The notes beneath the pieces were generated by a model, which saw only the letters and a list, made by a program, of their open reading frames with translations, did no database searches and had not been told where the DNA came from. Positions 50,601 through 62,197 of a stretch of 64,000 bases of DNA are shown here, piece by piece; positions within the stretch are counted from its first letter, which is position 1, and each line of letters starts with the position of its first letter. Both the position numbers and the translations under genes were made by a program. The stretch lies in contig CAWCTR010000007.1 in assembly GCA_963798485.1 (NCBI GenBank), forward strand, positions 384,001 through 448,000, given 5' to 3'. The stretch comes from an uncultured delta proteobacterium. GTDB lineage: Bacteria; Desulfobacterota; Desulfomonilia; UBA1062.

Positions 50601-51128
50601 CTGAATCTCAAGGTAAAACCGGCCCTCAAAGACCTTCCGGTAGAAATCCAGGGCCTCCAGCGCCCTGTCCTCGTTATCGCGGAGCAGCCAGTAAGGGATC
50701 TCACCTTGGAGGCAGGCGGAAAGTCCGATAAGCCCTCCACTCAACTCTGTAAGCGTTCGCTTGTCCACCCTGGGCTTGTAGTAGAACCCCTTGGTATGCG
50801 CAAGCGAGGTGAGCTTCATGAGGTTGCGATAGCCCTGGTTATCCTTTGCCAGTAAGATGAGGTGGTAGTGCTTGGGCATCCCGGGGATGAGTTCCCTGCT
50901 GGCCATATCGCCCGGGCTGACATAGACCTCGCAGCCGATAATGGGCTTTATGCCCGCCTTGATGGCCTTGTCGTAAAACTCTAACGCGCCGTACATGACG
51001 CCGTGATCGGTAATGGCTACTGCGTCCTGGCCGAAGGACTTGGTGGTTTTTATGAGGTCGTCGATCCTGATGGCCCCATCCAAGAGGCTGTACTGGGTGT
51101 GACAGTGGAGATGGACGAACCCCATCAA
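47688..51128 (-). CDS. dnaE: DNA polymerase III alpha
   Basis: HLHCHTQYSLLDG, GRGSAAGS, PDIDVDF, YGFNKSH. Confidence 0.98.
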   Translation of the reverse strand: MMGFVHLHCHTQYSLLDGAIRIDDLIKTTKSFGQDAVAITDHGVMYGALEFYDKAIKAGIKPIIGCEVYVSPGDMASRELIPGMPKHYHLILLAKDNQGYRNLMKLTSLAHTKGFYYKPRVDKRTLTELSGGLIGLSACLQGEIPYWLLRDNEDRALEALDFYRKVFEGRFYLEIQHNQLPDQDKVNPLIVDLGRRHGVPVAATNDCHYLKSSDAKAHEVLLCIQTQSTIHDKGRMSFETDQLYLKSPDEMSKSFSWVPEAVDVTSEIAGLCNIEIPKDVFCFPVYPIGADKSLEQVIEEKSWEGLKARMGDSIPEGYRKRLAEELEIIKSMGFAGYFLIVADYIQYAKDHDIPVGPGRGSAAGSLAAYSLKITDIDPIRWNLLFERFLNPERRSMPDIDVDFCQNRRDEVIEYVKNRYGPEYVSQITTFGNMKAKAVIRDVGRVMGMGYAEVDKIAKLIPADLNITLEEAVSAEPRLKELVDTDPAVAQLIEIAKALEGLSRHASVHAGGVIISDDRPLTDHVPVYVDKKGMLISQYDMKRIERVGLIKFDMLGLKTLTVIAKTIEILRSQGINLDITGIPLDDRSTYQLIGDGDTSSVFQLESSGMKGMLRQLKPDKFEDIIAAVALYRPGPMDLIPSYVDRRHERQVIDYPHPLLEKILKETYGIIVYQEQVMQIAQEMAGYSLGKADLLRRAMGKKIREEMAKQREIFTEGAVERGVDKDKAIEIFDLMEKFADYGFNKSHAAAYALVAYQTAYLKAHHFKEFMAANLTLDLSNTDKVSQHIAECRRRGVAVLPPDINQSSFEFVVTQEGIRFGLGAIKNVGRGAVEAVLAELCANGPFKDISSFLNRIALSKVNRRVVESLIKAGAFDRLHTNRRAMFEVLDALLDQAQRLARSRNDAQCTLFSLEEFSEVDISKPFVMPDIPDWPEAERLKMEKDGMGFYLSGHPLNKYADLIDKYATATTLTLRDAPNSVVLAGVISAINVTRTKKGEAMARGVFEDLDGSAAILFFPQCYGKYQALIASDEPVIIKARINRNEENGAGESDVQSIDLVAEEVMPLDGAEMVLAKRIIVRVPSTLKGEALGALKMAVMGSKGSCSLCFEVETDAAFVNIDAGKEYMVSPVRDFLYRLSEIVGAKGVELQ

Positions 51129-51134
51129 AAGGCC

Positions 51135-52613
<1,479 letters not shown>

Positions 52614-53490
52614 TTACTGGATGCTGTAATCAAGGCGAACCGGCCGTATAAGGCCTAGGCCCTGAGAAAGATCTCCCCGTAGTGGCAACGGTGTAACGTT
52701 CCACGGGAGGATCTTTTTGAGCAGGTCCCAGATGCCTTCATGCGTTGTCAGGCCTGACGATACGAGGTTCACCGGTAATGTGCCCCTTCTTCTTTGCCTC
52801 ATCCATTGCATCTTCGAGCCCGCCGATCTTATCGACAAGCCCAACGGTGCATGCCTGCCTTCCGGTGAACACCCTGCCGTCCGCGAGTTGCCGTACCGTC
52901 TCTACCTTGAGCTTCCTGCCCGCGGATACCGCCTCGATGAACTGGAGATGCACATCATCCACCAGGGATTTGAAATAGGCTTTCTCACGGCCGGACATGG
53001 GTTTGAAAGGGGAGCCTGCATCCTTCAGGGTGCCTGCGGTTATGCTGTTGGGTGTCACCCCCAGCCTTTTAAGCCCCTCGCTGGCATCGAAGAATTCCAT
53101 GATTACGCCGATACTGCCGGTCATGGTCCCGGGCAGGGCATAAATGGTATCACAGGCGCATGCAATGTAATAGGCACCTGAGGCACCCAACGCACCGAAC
53201 GATGCGATAACGGGCTTTTTCTTTTTCAGCTTTAAGAGCGCGCCGTAGATCTCCTGGGAGGGACCTACCTTGCCGCCGGGACTATCGAGGCGCACAACGA
53301 CCGCCTTGATATTATCATCATCACTAAACGCTTTGATGGTATCCAGATAGGGCATCGATTCGGTGATGATACCATCCACCTCGATCATGCCGATGGCAGG
53401 TTTCATTGATGTCCTGAGGGCATCGAACCCCCAGGCTGCTGCACCTATGGCAATCAGGAGAGAGAGTATCCATTTGGTTCTTCGTTTCAT
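52614..53490 (-). CDS. sppA: Signal peptide peptidase SppA (36K type), frameshift near the C-terminus
   Basis: DSPGG, ASGAYY, GSIGV, DGRVFTG. The main frame stops at 52738; a plausible tail ending RLDYSIQ continues in another frame to 52614. Confidence 0.85.
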
Positions 53491-53638
53491 GGCGTTAGCG
53501 GTTTCGAACTCCGGGTTTAAAACACCTGTCGCAGTAAAACTATACCTGCCTAAGCACTATATGGAATATCTTTTACCTTGTCTTAAGGGGATACTTCATT
53601 TACTGAGGTACCCCCAGTATTCCGACTACGGATGGAGC

Positions 53639-55423
53639 CTAACCCTTCTGTTTGGAATCCCGCAGGCCCTTGATCAGGTCTCCGAGGTTGGTGCCTACCT
53701 TATTGTCAGAGGGCTTGCTCTCCTGAACCGGGGCAGCCTTCCTGTGGTGCGCCTCATCAATGGCCTTGATGGAGAGTCCGATCTTCTTATTCTCAGGGCT
53801 GATCCTCAAGACCAAGGCCTCCACCTCCTGGCCTATTTCAAGCACTTCTGCGAGTGAATCTATCTTATCGCTGCTGACCTCGGAGATGTGGATCATGCCC
53901 TCAATGCCCGGCTTTATCTCGACAAAGGCGCCGAAATCGGTCAATGAGGTGATCTTTCCTTTAATGGTGCTGCCCACCGGGTGTTCGAGGGCTATCTGAT
54001 GCCATGGATCGGGCTGGAGCTGTTTGATGCCCAGCGAAAACTTTTCATTCTCAGGGTCAATGGCCAGGACCTTGGCAGTGATTACATCGCCCTTCTTGTA
54101 GAGATCCCGCGGGTTCTTGACCTTGGGGTCCCAGGTAAGATCGGACACATGGATAAGACCATCAACATCAATCGTGTCATCGATACTCACAAACAGCCCA
54201 AAGTCGGTAACATTCTTGACTGTTGCATCCACAACGGTGCCTTCGGGATAATACTCCTGGATCTGTTTCCAGGGATTGGGCATGGTCTGTTTCAGACCCA
54301 GCGAAATACGGCGCCCCGCCTGGTCCACACCCAGGACGACCACATCCACGGTCTGCCCTTCATCAAGCACCGAGGAGGGGTGTCTCATCCGTTTGGTCCA
54401 GAACATCTCGGAGATATGGACAAGCCCTTCGACCCCTTCTTCAACCTCTACGAATGCTCCATAATTGGTCACCGAGGTCACCTTGCCGGATATCTTCTTG
54501 CCAATCGGGTACCGGTATTCCAACCCCTCCCAGGGATCAGTCGTGAGCTGCTTGAGTCCCAGTGAGATCTTCTCGGTCGCAGGGTCGAATTCAAGAATCT
54601 TAACCTTGATCTCCCGGCCGGAAGCAACCTTTTCTTTGGGGTCCTTGAGCTTGCCCCAGGACATGTCGGTGATATGAAGGAGTCCATCGATACCGCCGAT
54701 ATCGACAAAGGCCCCGTAGCTCATAATATTCTTGACCCTGCCTGTTACCACGTCGCCCTTGGCCAAGGTCGTGAGTAACTGCTTCTTGCTCTCTTCCCGC
54801 TGCTTTTCCAGCACCTCGCGATGGCTGACTACAACATTGTTCTTTTTCCTGTTGAACTTGATGATGGCAACATCAATGGCCTGGCCTATCATCTTTTCAA
54901 GATCGGCCTCACTCACGGGATTGACCGTGGCCTGTGAGCTCGGCAGGAATGCGCCGAGGCCGATATCCACAATAAGACCGCCCTTGATCCTCTCGGTTAC
55001 CTTGCCCCTCAGGTACGTGTTATCCTGATATGCCTTAACGATATCATCCCAGATCTTCAGGCGCTTAGCCTTTTCTTTGCTCAGCTTGATAAAGCCCCTG
55101 GAAGCGTTTATACTCTCAACAAGAACCTCTACCTCCTGGCCGACTGCAGTGGTGATCTCACCATCATCACCGATGAACTCGCTTATGGGCGCCTGTCCGT
55201 CCATCTTTTTCCCGATATCGATCATGATATGGTCCGTGCTTATCTGGACAACCGTGCCCGTCACAACCGAACCCGGCGTGATGCGCTTGTCGAATGTTCC
55301 CTCATAAAGTGCCTCAAAATTGGTGCTCTCAGCCTCAAGACCAAGGGTCTTGGTTTCGACGAGATCCTCCTTTGTTGAAGCGGTGCTCTCCTGCTCATTT
55401 TTTGTTTCGTCTAAGCTATACAT
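53639..55423 (-). CDS. rpsA: 30S ribosomal protein S1
   Basis: Repeated S1 domains (YGAFV..GIDGLLHITD). Confidence 0.97.
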   Translation of the reverse strand: MYSLDETKNEQESTASTKEDLVETKTLGLEAESTNFEALYEGTFDKRITPGSVVTGTVVQISTDHIMIDIGKKMDGQAPISEFIGDDGEITTAVGQEVEVLVESINASRGFIKLSKEKAKRLKIWDDIVKAYQDNTYLRGKVTERIKGGLIVDIGLGAFLPSSQATVNPVSEADLEKMIGQAIDVAIIKFNRKKNNVVVSHREVLEKQREESKKQLLTTLAKGDVVTGRVKNIMSYGAFVDIGGIDGLLHITDMSWGKLKDPKEKVASGREIKVKILEFDPATEKISLGLKQLTTDPWEGLEYRYPIGKKISGKVTSVTNYGAFVEVEEGVEGLVHISEMFWTKRMRHPSSVLDEGQTVDVVVLGVDQAGRRISLGLKQTMPNPWKQIQEYYPEGTVVDATVKNVTDFGLFVSIDDTIDVDGLIHVSDLTWDPKVKNPRDLYKKGDVITAKVLAIDPENEKFSLGIKQLQPDPWHQIALEHPVGSTIKGKITSLTDFGAFVEIKPGIEGMIHISEVSSDKIDSLAEVLEIGQEVEALVLRISPENKKIGLSIKAIDEAHHRKAAPVQESKPSDNKVGTNLGDLIKGLRDSKQKG

Positions 55424-55525
55424 GGCTTCCTTCCCCCCATCCGTCGTTCCGTATTCCTGATTAAGTTGCGTTCCTATACAATAGAGACCGACAAAACACA
55501 AGGTCATAAAGGATGGGCTCTCTCT

Positions 55526-55948
55526 TTAGTCGAGCGGATTCTTCTTCTTGATTGAAGAGGGATCTTTGAGGGCCTTTTCAAGCTCGGAAAAGATGCTGCT
55601 CTTATCGCCCTTTTTTGCCAGGGACTGCTCGATCTCCTTAAGGCGCGACTCTTGCTTTGTCTTGAACTGGGAGATCTCTTCTTCCATTTTGGGCGCTTCT
55701 ATTGACCTTGGAAACTCCTCGATCTTCATATGATCCCGTATGGAGAACCTGGCTTCCCCCCCGCTTATGATGACATTTATGGCGCCGGTCTCCTCGAGCT
55801 TCCTTGAAATGCGGGAGAGTTCCTCTTCCGAGACCTGCAAAAGATCCTTCAGACCCTTCAGAGAGGGGGGCTGATGGCGGAGGTGTTCGAATAACCTGAT
55901 GGCAGCCACAAAAAGGTGTGCCTGGCTATAGATATCGCCTGGTAACAT
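55526..55948 (-). CDS. Hypothetical wHTH-like protein
   Basis: AHLFVAAIR...PP...HTH-like helices; start uncertain. Confidence 0.65.
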   Translation of the reverse strand: MLPGDIYSQAHLFVAAIRLFEHLRHQPPSLKGLKDLLQVSEEELSRISRKLEETGAINVIISGGEARFSIRDHMKIEEFPRSIEAPKMEEEISQFKTKQESRLKEIEQSLAKKGDKSSIFSELEKALKDPSSIKKKNPLD

Positions 55949-56070
55949 AATAGTTACTGTAATCCAAAGGTTTACGTAATGCAATTGAGATTCAAGAATA
56001 TCCTTGACTTCTCCGATACAAGAAAACAAAGATAAGGTGCCTGAATTGTAGAAAATAAAGGAGGACCCCT

Positions 56071-57069
56071 TTGAAAAAACGCGCTCTAAGCATGATGGGC
56101 CTTTTTTTGTTTCTTGTCTTGATTAGTCCCTGCTCGGCAGATGAGATAAAGCACACCGTAGTTAAGGGAGACACCCTGTGGGACATCTCCATGAAATATT
56201 TGAAGACACCATGGAAATGGCCTCTTGTCTGGGCTAATAACCAAGACATCACCAACCCGCACCTTATTTATCCCGGTGATCTCGTAGTAATCACCAATGA
56301 TGGCGGGAAGACCATCATCAAGATCATACCTTCTCCTGAGCGGGGCGGCACCGAATCCAAAATGACGATCTATACCCCTGACGAAGCCGCAGCGGTTAAG
56401 GGAAAATCCATTTGGGTCTCTCCGCAATTCTCCACCTATATCTACAGCCCCAATATCCTGTCCGGATCCGGGACGATCGTAAAAAAGATCGAGGGTGGGG
56501 ACCTCGTCTCCCAGAACGATCATATCGTCCTTAAAACAACCTCGGAGTTGAAACCGAATCAGGCAATCACCATTGTCTCCAAGATCCAGGACATCAATAA
56601 TGGCGATCATCCGGGGGGCTACCTCTATAAGGCGGTTGCCACCGCAGTGGTTGAAGACGTACAGTCCGACATCGTCAAGGCCCGCGTCAGCTACTCTCTA
56701 CAGGAGGCAAAAGTTGGGGGCGTGATTTTCGATGACCTCGCCTCTGTCAAGCCCTTGATGCTGAGTGTATCCGAGCCAACCCTGAACGCACCGGCAAGGG
56801 TAATGGATTTCTATGGAGGCGTATCCGGCAGCAGCACCAACGACCTGGTCTTTATTGATGCCGGCAAAAACCAGGGTGTGGGTATTGGTTCAATCCTGAA
56901 CATAGCGAAGACCACCAAGTTCGAGGGTGATGATAAAAAGCTGGCTGTGTTCAATGAATCTATCGGCTTGGTGCTCGTCCTGCAAACCCTTGAGAATACC
57001 TCTATGGGCCTTTTGGTCGAATCCAAGGCACAAATAGAAAAAGGGGACGCCGTAACCGGTAAGAAATAA
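56071..57069 (+). CDS. LysM peptidoglycan-binding protein (TsaP-like)
   Basis: HTVVKGDTLWDIS...WP.VW..N..I.NPHLIYPGD. Confidence 0.88.
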   Translation: MKKRALSMMGLFLFLVLISPCSADEIKHTVVKGDTLWDISMKYLKTPWKWPLVWANNQDITNPHLIYPGDLVVITNDGGKTIIKIIPSPERGGTESKMTIYTPDEAAAVKGKSIWVSPQFSTYIYSPNILSGSGTIVKKIEGGDLVSQNDHIVLKTTSELKPNQAITIVSKIQDINNGDHPGGYLYKAVATAVVEDVQSDIVKARVSYSLQEAKVGGVIFDDLASVKPLMLSVSEPTLNAPARVMDFYGGVSGSSTNDLVFIDAGKNQGVGIGSILNIAKTTKFEGDDKKLAVFNESIGLVLVLQTLENTSMGLLVESKAQIEKGDAVTGKK

Positions 57070-57131
57070 CCGCCCAAGGGACTCCGAAGCGCATGTTCGA
57101 CATCCTCCCTGAAGGCTTTAGGTCAGGGTCT

Positions 57132-57464
57132 TCAGAACGGTACACTCCGGTAGGATAGAAGATTCTTCAGCCCTTTTTCATCGGTTTTCGTAAACATGAT
57201 AGCCATGCCTGTGCGGGTTTTCCAGATGACGCGGCCTTGCACCCAGATGACCTTACCGAATGCCTCGGCATCGAGACTGGCGATCACGTATCCGTCAACT
57301 TCAGGGGTATTCCCGGTCTGGACATACATACCACCTTTGCTGATATCATAGACACGGCCCATCTTATAGGCATGGTCATTATCGCGATATGCGACCTTCA
57401 TGTTCACCCTGACACGCTTATGTGTTCTCATTTCCGACATAGCCTTAAGCCTCTCCACAAACAT
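57132..57464 (-). CDS. PilZ-domain protein
   Basis: RxxxR (RTHKR) and DISKGG. Confidence 0.88.
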   Translation of the reverse strand: MFVERLKAMSEMRTHKRVRVNMKVAYRDNDHAYKMGRVYDISKGGMYVQTGNTPEVDGYVIASLDAEAFGKVIWVQGRVIWKTRTGMAIMFTKTDEKGLKNLLSYRSVPF

Positions 57465-57658
57465 GAATCACCATTCAATCTTGAATCAATACAACCCGCG
57501 AAACGACTCGTTTGTGTTCCGGTCGATCATTATATTTTACCCCAATCTCTATCGGAAGTCTATACCCTTTCATTCACTAAATATCTTATAACCTCATCGT
57601 AATAGGGCAAGCCAACACTACGTTGACACCCCTGCTGCGATACGTTATAGATCAGGCC

Positions 57659-58189
57659 ATGAGAGTGCTCTATACCGCAGATGAGATTGCTGAGAAGGTC
57701 GCGGAGCTCGGAGAGAGAATCTCATTGGCATATCAGGGCAGTGAAGTATTAATCGTAGGGGTCTTAAAAGGCGGATTTATGTTCATGTCCGACCTGGTCC
57801 GCCGGATCAACCTCCCGGTAAAAATCGATTTTGCAAGGCTTTCCAGTTATGGTAATGCAGACAGCCCTATAGGGGATGTCATGATCGTGGACGATATCCA
57901 TGAAGCAATTACCGGCAAACATGTTTTAATTGTCGATGACATTATGGACACCGGACATAGCCTGCTCACATTTAAACAGCACCTTCTGGAAAAAGGACCG
58001 GCCTCGGTAAAGATCTGCACGATGATAGACAAGGCTGGACGGAGGGAAGCCTCCATATCGCCGGACTACTACGGTTTCCGCATCACCGAAGGGTTTGTCG
58101 TGGGTTACGGCTTGGATTTTGCAGAGAACTACCGGGCATTGCCGCAGTTGTACGTACTCGATGCCGAAGACAGGAGGAACCTCTTGTGA
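57659..58189 (+). CDS. hpt: Hypoxanthine phosphoribosyltransferase
   Basis: VLKGG, VDDIMDTG, FVVGYGLD. Confidence 0.95.
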   Translation: MRVLYTADEIAEKVAELGERISLAYQGSEVLIVGVLKGGFMFMSDLVRRINLPVKIDFARLSSYGNADSPIGDVMIVDDIHEAITGKHVLIVDDIMDTGHSLLTFKQHLLEKGPASVKICTMIDKAGRREASISPDYYGFRITEGFVVGYGLDFAENYRALPQLYVLDAEDRRNLL

Positions 58190-59112
58190 TCATCGTTAAT
58201 TGCCCCAGCTGTCACAGTAAATTCCGGTTTTCCGAGGAGGGACTTTCCCAGGGCACCCTTAAAATGCGCTGCAGTATTTGCCAGCATATATTTTCTTACA
58301 CCATTGAACCCGAGGTCTCCCTGGAAAAGGAATTCGACCTGCTTCTGAGCTCCACATCCGCAGACGATGCACCCGCAATAGCTGCTGAACCCCCTGCGGC
58401 ACCCGAAACTGTCTTTGAAGAGGCCTCTATGGAGATTATCGAGACCCCAGAAGGGGATATCCCTTCTGAGCCGGAACCGAAAGAATCACAAGCAGCCCCG
58501 GAATCAGTCATACGGGAAATCGACTCCATCCTAGGGACCGGTTCTCAAGCACCTGAAGAGGAAGAGGAACCAGCCCCCGAGGTGACCCCAAGAAAGAGCC
58601 CGCTGAAGATCGCGCTGCTTATTATCTGCCTTTTCGTGGTAGCATTATCCTCCTTGTGGTTGTTAAGGGACAAGATAGGATTCTTTTGGCAGGCAAAACC
58701 GGATATTGTCCAAACACCTATACAAAAGGGCCCATTCTTCACCATTGATGAACAGAAACTTATTTACGAGATGCTCACCCACGAGCAGGAGGGCAGCGTA
58801 CTGGTTATTAAGGGCAGTCTCAAAAAGATTTCAAAGAGACCTGTCGAATCCGTCATGGTGGAGGCCCGGGTGTATGACAGGGGCGGTAAACTTATCGAAT
58901 CCCGTCTCGCCTATGCAGGCATCGTCCCTGATACGAGCGAATTCACCAAACAACCTCAGAAGGATATCGACGCCCTTCTCACCTCTGACCCGTCTTCTCC
59001 CGGATCTACGCTTCCTGCCAACGACATCCCCTTTGCCGTGGCGTTTTTCGGGAAACCCGCCCAGGAGGGGTCATCGTTCCAGGTTGAAGTAAAGGATATT
59101 CGTTGGAAGTAA
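58186..59112 (+). CDS. MJ0042-type zinc-ribbon / DUF3426-like membrane protein
   Basis: CPSC...RCSICQHIF, acidic linker, TM helix, periplasmic domain. Confidence 0.8.
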   Translation: MIIVNCPSCHSKFRFSEEGLSQGTLKMRCSICQHIFSYTIEPEVSLEKEFDLLLSSTSADDAPAIAAEPPAAPETVFEEASMEIIETPEGDIPSEPEPKESQAAPESVIREIDSILGTGSQAPEEEEEPAPEVTPRKSPLKIALLIICLFVVALSSLWLLRDKIGFFWQAKPDIVQTPIQKGPFFTIDEQKLIYEMLTHEQEGSVLVIKGSLKKISKRPVESVMVEARVYDRGGKLIESRLAYAGIVPDTSEFTKQPQKDIDALLTSDPSSPGSTLPANDIPFAVAFFGKPAQEGSSFQVEVKDIRWK

Positions 59113-60122
59113 AGGCCTTAGAACCAGCAACACGGTTAAAATACGGGGCAGCGCTCCTTTGTATCGTTTTCATCATCGGGACCTTGGGATTTCATTTCAT
59201 CGAAGCGTGGAACTATCTCGATGCCTTTTTCATGACACTCATCACCATCACCACCATCGGTTACCAGGAAATTCACCCCCTGACCGAGGCAGGCAAGGTC
59301 TTTGATATATTCCTCATCTTCTTAGGGGTTGGGTCTGCTGCATACGTGTTTGCATCCTTCACCAGGTTTATAGTAGAGGGTGAGATGCAACGTTATTTCG
59401 GGAGGCGACGGTTGGACAAGACAATCATGCGGATGAGCAATCATTACATCGTCTGCGGTAACGGAAGGATCGGGTCCCTCATCAGCCAGGAGCTCCTTCA
59501 CTCCAACAAGACATTCCTCGTGATCGATAAGGACCCTGTTGTCATTGAATATCTGGAACGCACAGGCGTCCCTCATATCCTAGGTGATGCATCCGATGAA
59601 GACATCCTTATGAAAAGCGGAATAAAGCGAGCAAAAGGCCTTATCGCCACTGCATCATCCGACATGACCAACGTCTACATCATCCTGATAGCCAAAGAAC
59701 TCAATCCCGATCTCTTTGTGCTTGCCCGGGCCGAGACAGAGGATTCCGTAAAGAACCTGAAACGGGCCGGGGCAAACAAGGTGGTCTCTCCCTACCTCAT
59801 CGGGGGCCGCCATATGGCGAACATCATCCTTAAACCTACCGTGGTGGACTTCATTGAACTTGCCTCAGGTGAAAAGACCGGGGACTTCATTATCCAGATG
59901 GAAGGGTTCAAGATCCGGGAAGACTCCCGCCTCGTGGGTAAGACGCTGAAAGACGCCCCCATCAGGAAGGACATCGGCCTTATCGTAGTTGCCGTCAGGG
60001 ATCATACCGGCAAAATGGTCTTCAATCCCGGCGCTGATCTTACCATCTCAGTGGATGACGTACTCGTCTGCATAGGTGACACCGAGTCACTCCGGTCCAT
60101 GAAGACCCTTGTAAACAGCTAG
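59103..60122 (+). CDS. Potassium channel with TrkA-N/TrkA-C (RCK) domains
   Basis: 2TM pore TTIGY, CGNGRIG, GDAS. Confidence 0.9.
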   Translation: MEVKALEPATRLKYGAALLCIVFIIGTLGFHFIEAWNYLDAFFMTLITITTIGYQEIHPLTEAGKVFDIFLIFLGVGSAAYVFASFTRFIVEGEMQRYFGRRRLDKTIMRMSNHYIVCGNGRIGSLISQELLHSNKTFLVIDKDPVVIEYLERTGVPHILGDASDEDILMKSGIKRAKGLIATASSDMTNVYIILIAKELNPDLFVLARAETEDSVKNLKRAGANKVVSPYLIGGRHMANIILKPTVVDFIELASGEKTGDFIIQMEGFKIREDSRLVGKTLKDAPIRKDIGLIVVAVRDHTGKMVFNPGADLTISVDDVLVCIGDTESLRSMKTLVNS

Positions 60123-60127
60123 AGGTC

Positions 60128-60541
60128 ATGCGGTTTTTAGGCCTGGATTATGGCAGCAAACGTATCGGTGTCGCCTTGAGCGACCCGGATGGGACTATGG
60201 CCTTTCCCATTGAAACCATACAGGTTAAGCCCGATGGATCACACCTTAAGGATATCAAGGCCCTTATCGATGCCTATCAGGTGGCTAAGCTCGTAGTGGG
60301 GCTGCCCTACAACATGGACGGAAGCCTCGGAGACAGGGCTCGGGAGGTTATGCGGTGGGGCGGACAGATCGAGGCGTTGCTGGGTATACCCGTTATCTTC
60401 TGGGACGAGCGACTTTCAACCTCAGAGGCCCATGACATGCTCATAGGGATCAATATCAAAGGCAGGAAACGGAAATCCATTGTGGACAAGATCGCTGCGA
60501 GCATTATCCTTAAGGGTTATCTGGATTCGGAGAATGCATGA
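60128..60541 (+). CDS. ruvX: Pre-16S rRNA nuclease YqgF/RuvX
   Basis: LGLDYGSKRIGVA, VGLP, DERLST. Confidence 0.95.
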   Translation: MRFLGLDYGSKRIGVALSDPDGTMAFPIETIQVKPDGSHLKDIKALIDAYQVAKLVVGLPYNMDGSLGDRAREVMRWGGQIEALLGIPVIFWDERLSTSEAHDMLIGINIKGRKRKSIVDKIAASIILKGYLDSENA

Positions 60542-61527
60542 GCACCCGTCTACGTATCTTCCTTATGGTGCTCCTGTGTCTTTTCGTCCTTGCCTTCATC
60601 CATACCTGCTCATTTCTTACAACACCCATTACTCCACCCAAACCTGTACGCCTTGATATCCTGCCAGGGCAGGGCGCCTGGGAGATTTCAAAGATTCTTC
60701 AGAAAACCGGCGTCATTGCACATGCGGGCACCTTCATTGCGATTGCCGCCCTCACGGGCAAGGCAAAACATATGCAGGCAGGGGCATATGTTTTCGAAGG
60801 CAATCACGTTCCCCTTGATATTATGAATATACTGTTCAGAGGCAAGACTCAACAGTACCGGATAACTATCCCTGAAGGATATACCATCTATCAGATCGGA
60901 GATGTTATATCAAAGACGGGCCTTCTCCCCAAGGATCGCTTCGTAACAAGTACCCGAAGCAAACAAACGACAGACTTTTTCGCTGTAAGAGCCCTATCCA
61001 TGGAAGGGTTCCTCTTTCCTGATACCTATTATCTGGCCCCGCATATGACACCTCTAGAGATCATGGCAAAGATGATCGAGAGGTTCAGGGGCGTATACAC
61101 CCCGTTAATGGAGCAGCGCTCAAAGGCCCTTGGCATGTCAAAACTCGAGGTAATAACCCTGGCATCGCTCATTGAGAAGGAGGCCTATACAACCTCGGAA
61201 AAGCCCCTGATCTCTTCCGTGTTTCACAACAGGATGATACTGGGTATGCGCCTGCAATCAGACCCGACCGCCGTCTATGACATTGATGGATTTACGGGCA
61301 AGGTCGGCCCGGATGATCTGCTCCGCGAAAGCCCATACAACACGTACCGTCATGGCGGTCTTCCTCCAGGCCCGATATGCAACCCCGGCCTTGACTCCAT
61401 AAAGGCCGCACTGTGGCCCGCCAAGACCGATTACCTCTACTTCGTCTCAAAAGGTGATGGGACACATGTGTTCTCACACACGCTTTACGAGCATAACCGG
61501 GCGATTTCAAACAACACAAAGAAATAG
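60538..61527 (+). CDS. mltG: Endolytic transglycosylase
   Basis: EGFLFPDTY, ASLIEKE, LQSDPT, SPYNTY, GLPPGPI. Confidence 0.95.
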   Translation: MSTRLRIFLMVLLCLFVLAFIHTCSFLTTPITPPKPVRLDILPGQGAWEISKILQKTGVIAHAGTFIAIAALTGKAKHMQAGAYVFEGNHVPLDIMNILFRGKTQQYRITIPEGYTIYQIGDVISKTGLLPKDRFVTSTRSKQTTDFFAVRALSMEGFLFPDTYYLAPHMTPLEIMAKMIERFRGVYTPLMEQRSKALGMSKLEVITLASLIEKEAYTTSEKPLISSVFHNRMILGMRLQSDPTAVYDIDGFTGKVGPDDLLRESPYNTYRHGGLPPGPICNPGLDSIKAALWPAKTDYLYFVSKGDGTHVFSHTLYEHNRAISNNTKK

Positions 61528-61582
61528 AAAATATCCCGGAATTCTCTAAAGTTGTGAGGCGTCCCTTTCGATAAGGGAAGGC

Positions 61583-62197
61583 ATGGCAAAAGTCAGTGCG
61601 GCCATTGTTGACGATGAAGACGAAATACTCGATCTTATCGAACAAATCCTGACTGAGGAAGGACTCAGGACAAGAAGGTTCCACAAGGCAGAGGAACTCC
61701 TTGAGATCGCAGAGAAGGAATCATTCGATATCATAATCTCCGATCTCATGCTTCCCGGTCTTACGGGCCTCGATCTCCTGGAGCGACTTCACAGGAAGGG
61801 TATTACTACGCCATTTGTCCTCATCACTGGGTATGCATCACTGGATACGGCCATAGAGGCGGTGAATCGGGGGGCCTTCTCATATATCAAGAAGCCTTTC
61901 AACATTGAAGAGATCCGCTTTGTGGTCAACCGGCTTAGGCAGAGACAGGATCTCCTGGAAGAAATTATACAGCTGAAGAGGCAAGTGGAATATTTGCAGT
62001 CGAAACTCTCAAAAGAGGTGGCCGACGAATTCCCGAACACAGCGCTGCCCCCGGTGATGACTGCATTGCAGGGCCCCAATGACATGAGCAAGGCCTTTTC
62101 AGCCATTGAATATCTCGGCAGGCTCAAGACCGATGGTCTTCTTACCGAAAGGGAATTCGGCGAATATAAGGGCCGCATATTGAAAAGGATAGCTTGA
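61583..62197 (+). CDS. Response regulator receiver with coiled coil and SHOCT-like tail
   Basis: VDDE, DLMLP, KPF; ends LKTDGLLTEREF...K.RIL. Confidence 0.85.
   Translation: MAKVSAAIVDDEDEILDLIEQILTEEGLRTRRFHKAEELLEIAEKESFDIIISDLMLPGLTGLDLLERLHRKGITTPFVLITGYASLDTAIEAVNRGAFSYIKKPFNIEEIRFVVNRLRQRQDLLEEIIQLKRQVEYLQSKLSKEVADEFPNTALPPVMTALQGPNDMSKAFSAIEYLGRLKTDGLLTEREFGEYKGRILKRIA

Noticed and set aside
59240-59275. Non-canonical K+ channel filter TTIGYQE
   Set aside because: Filter variation is common in this RCK-linked channel group and is not enough to claim altered selectivity.
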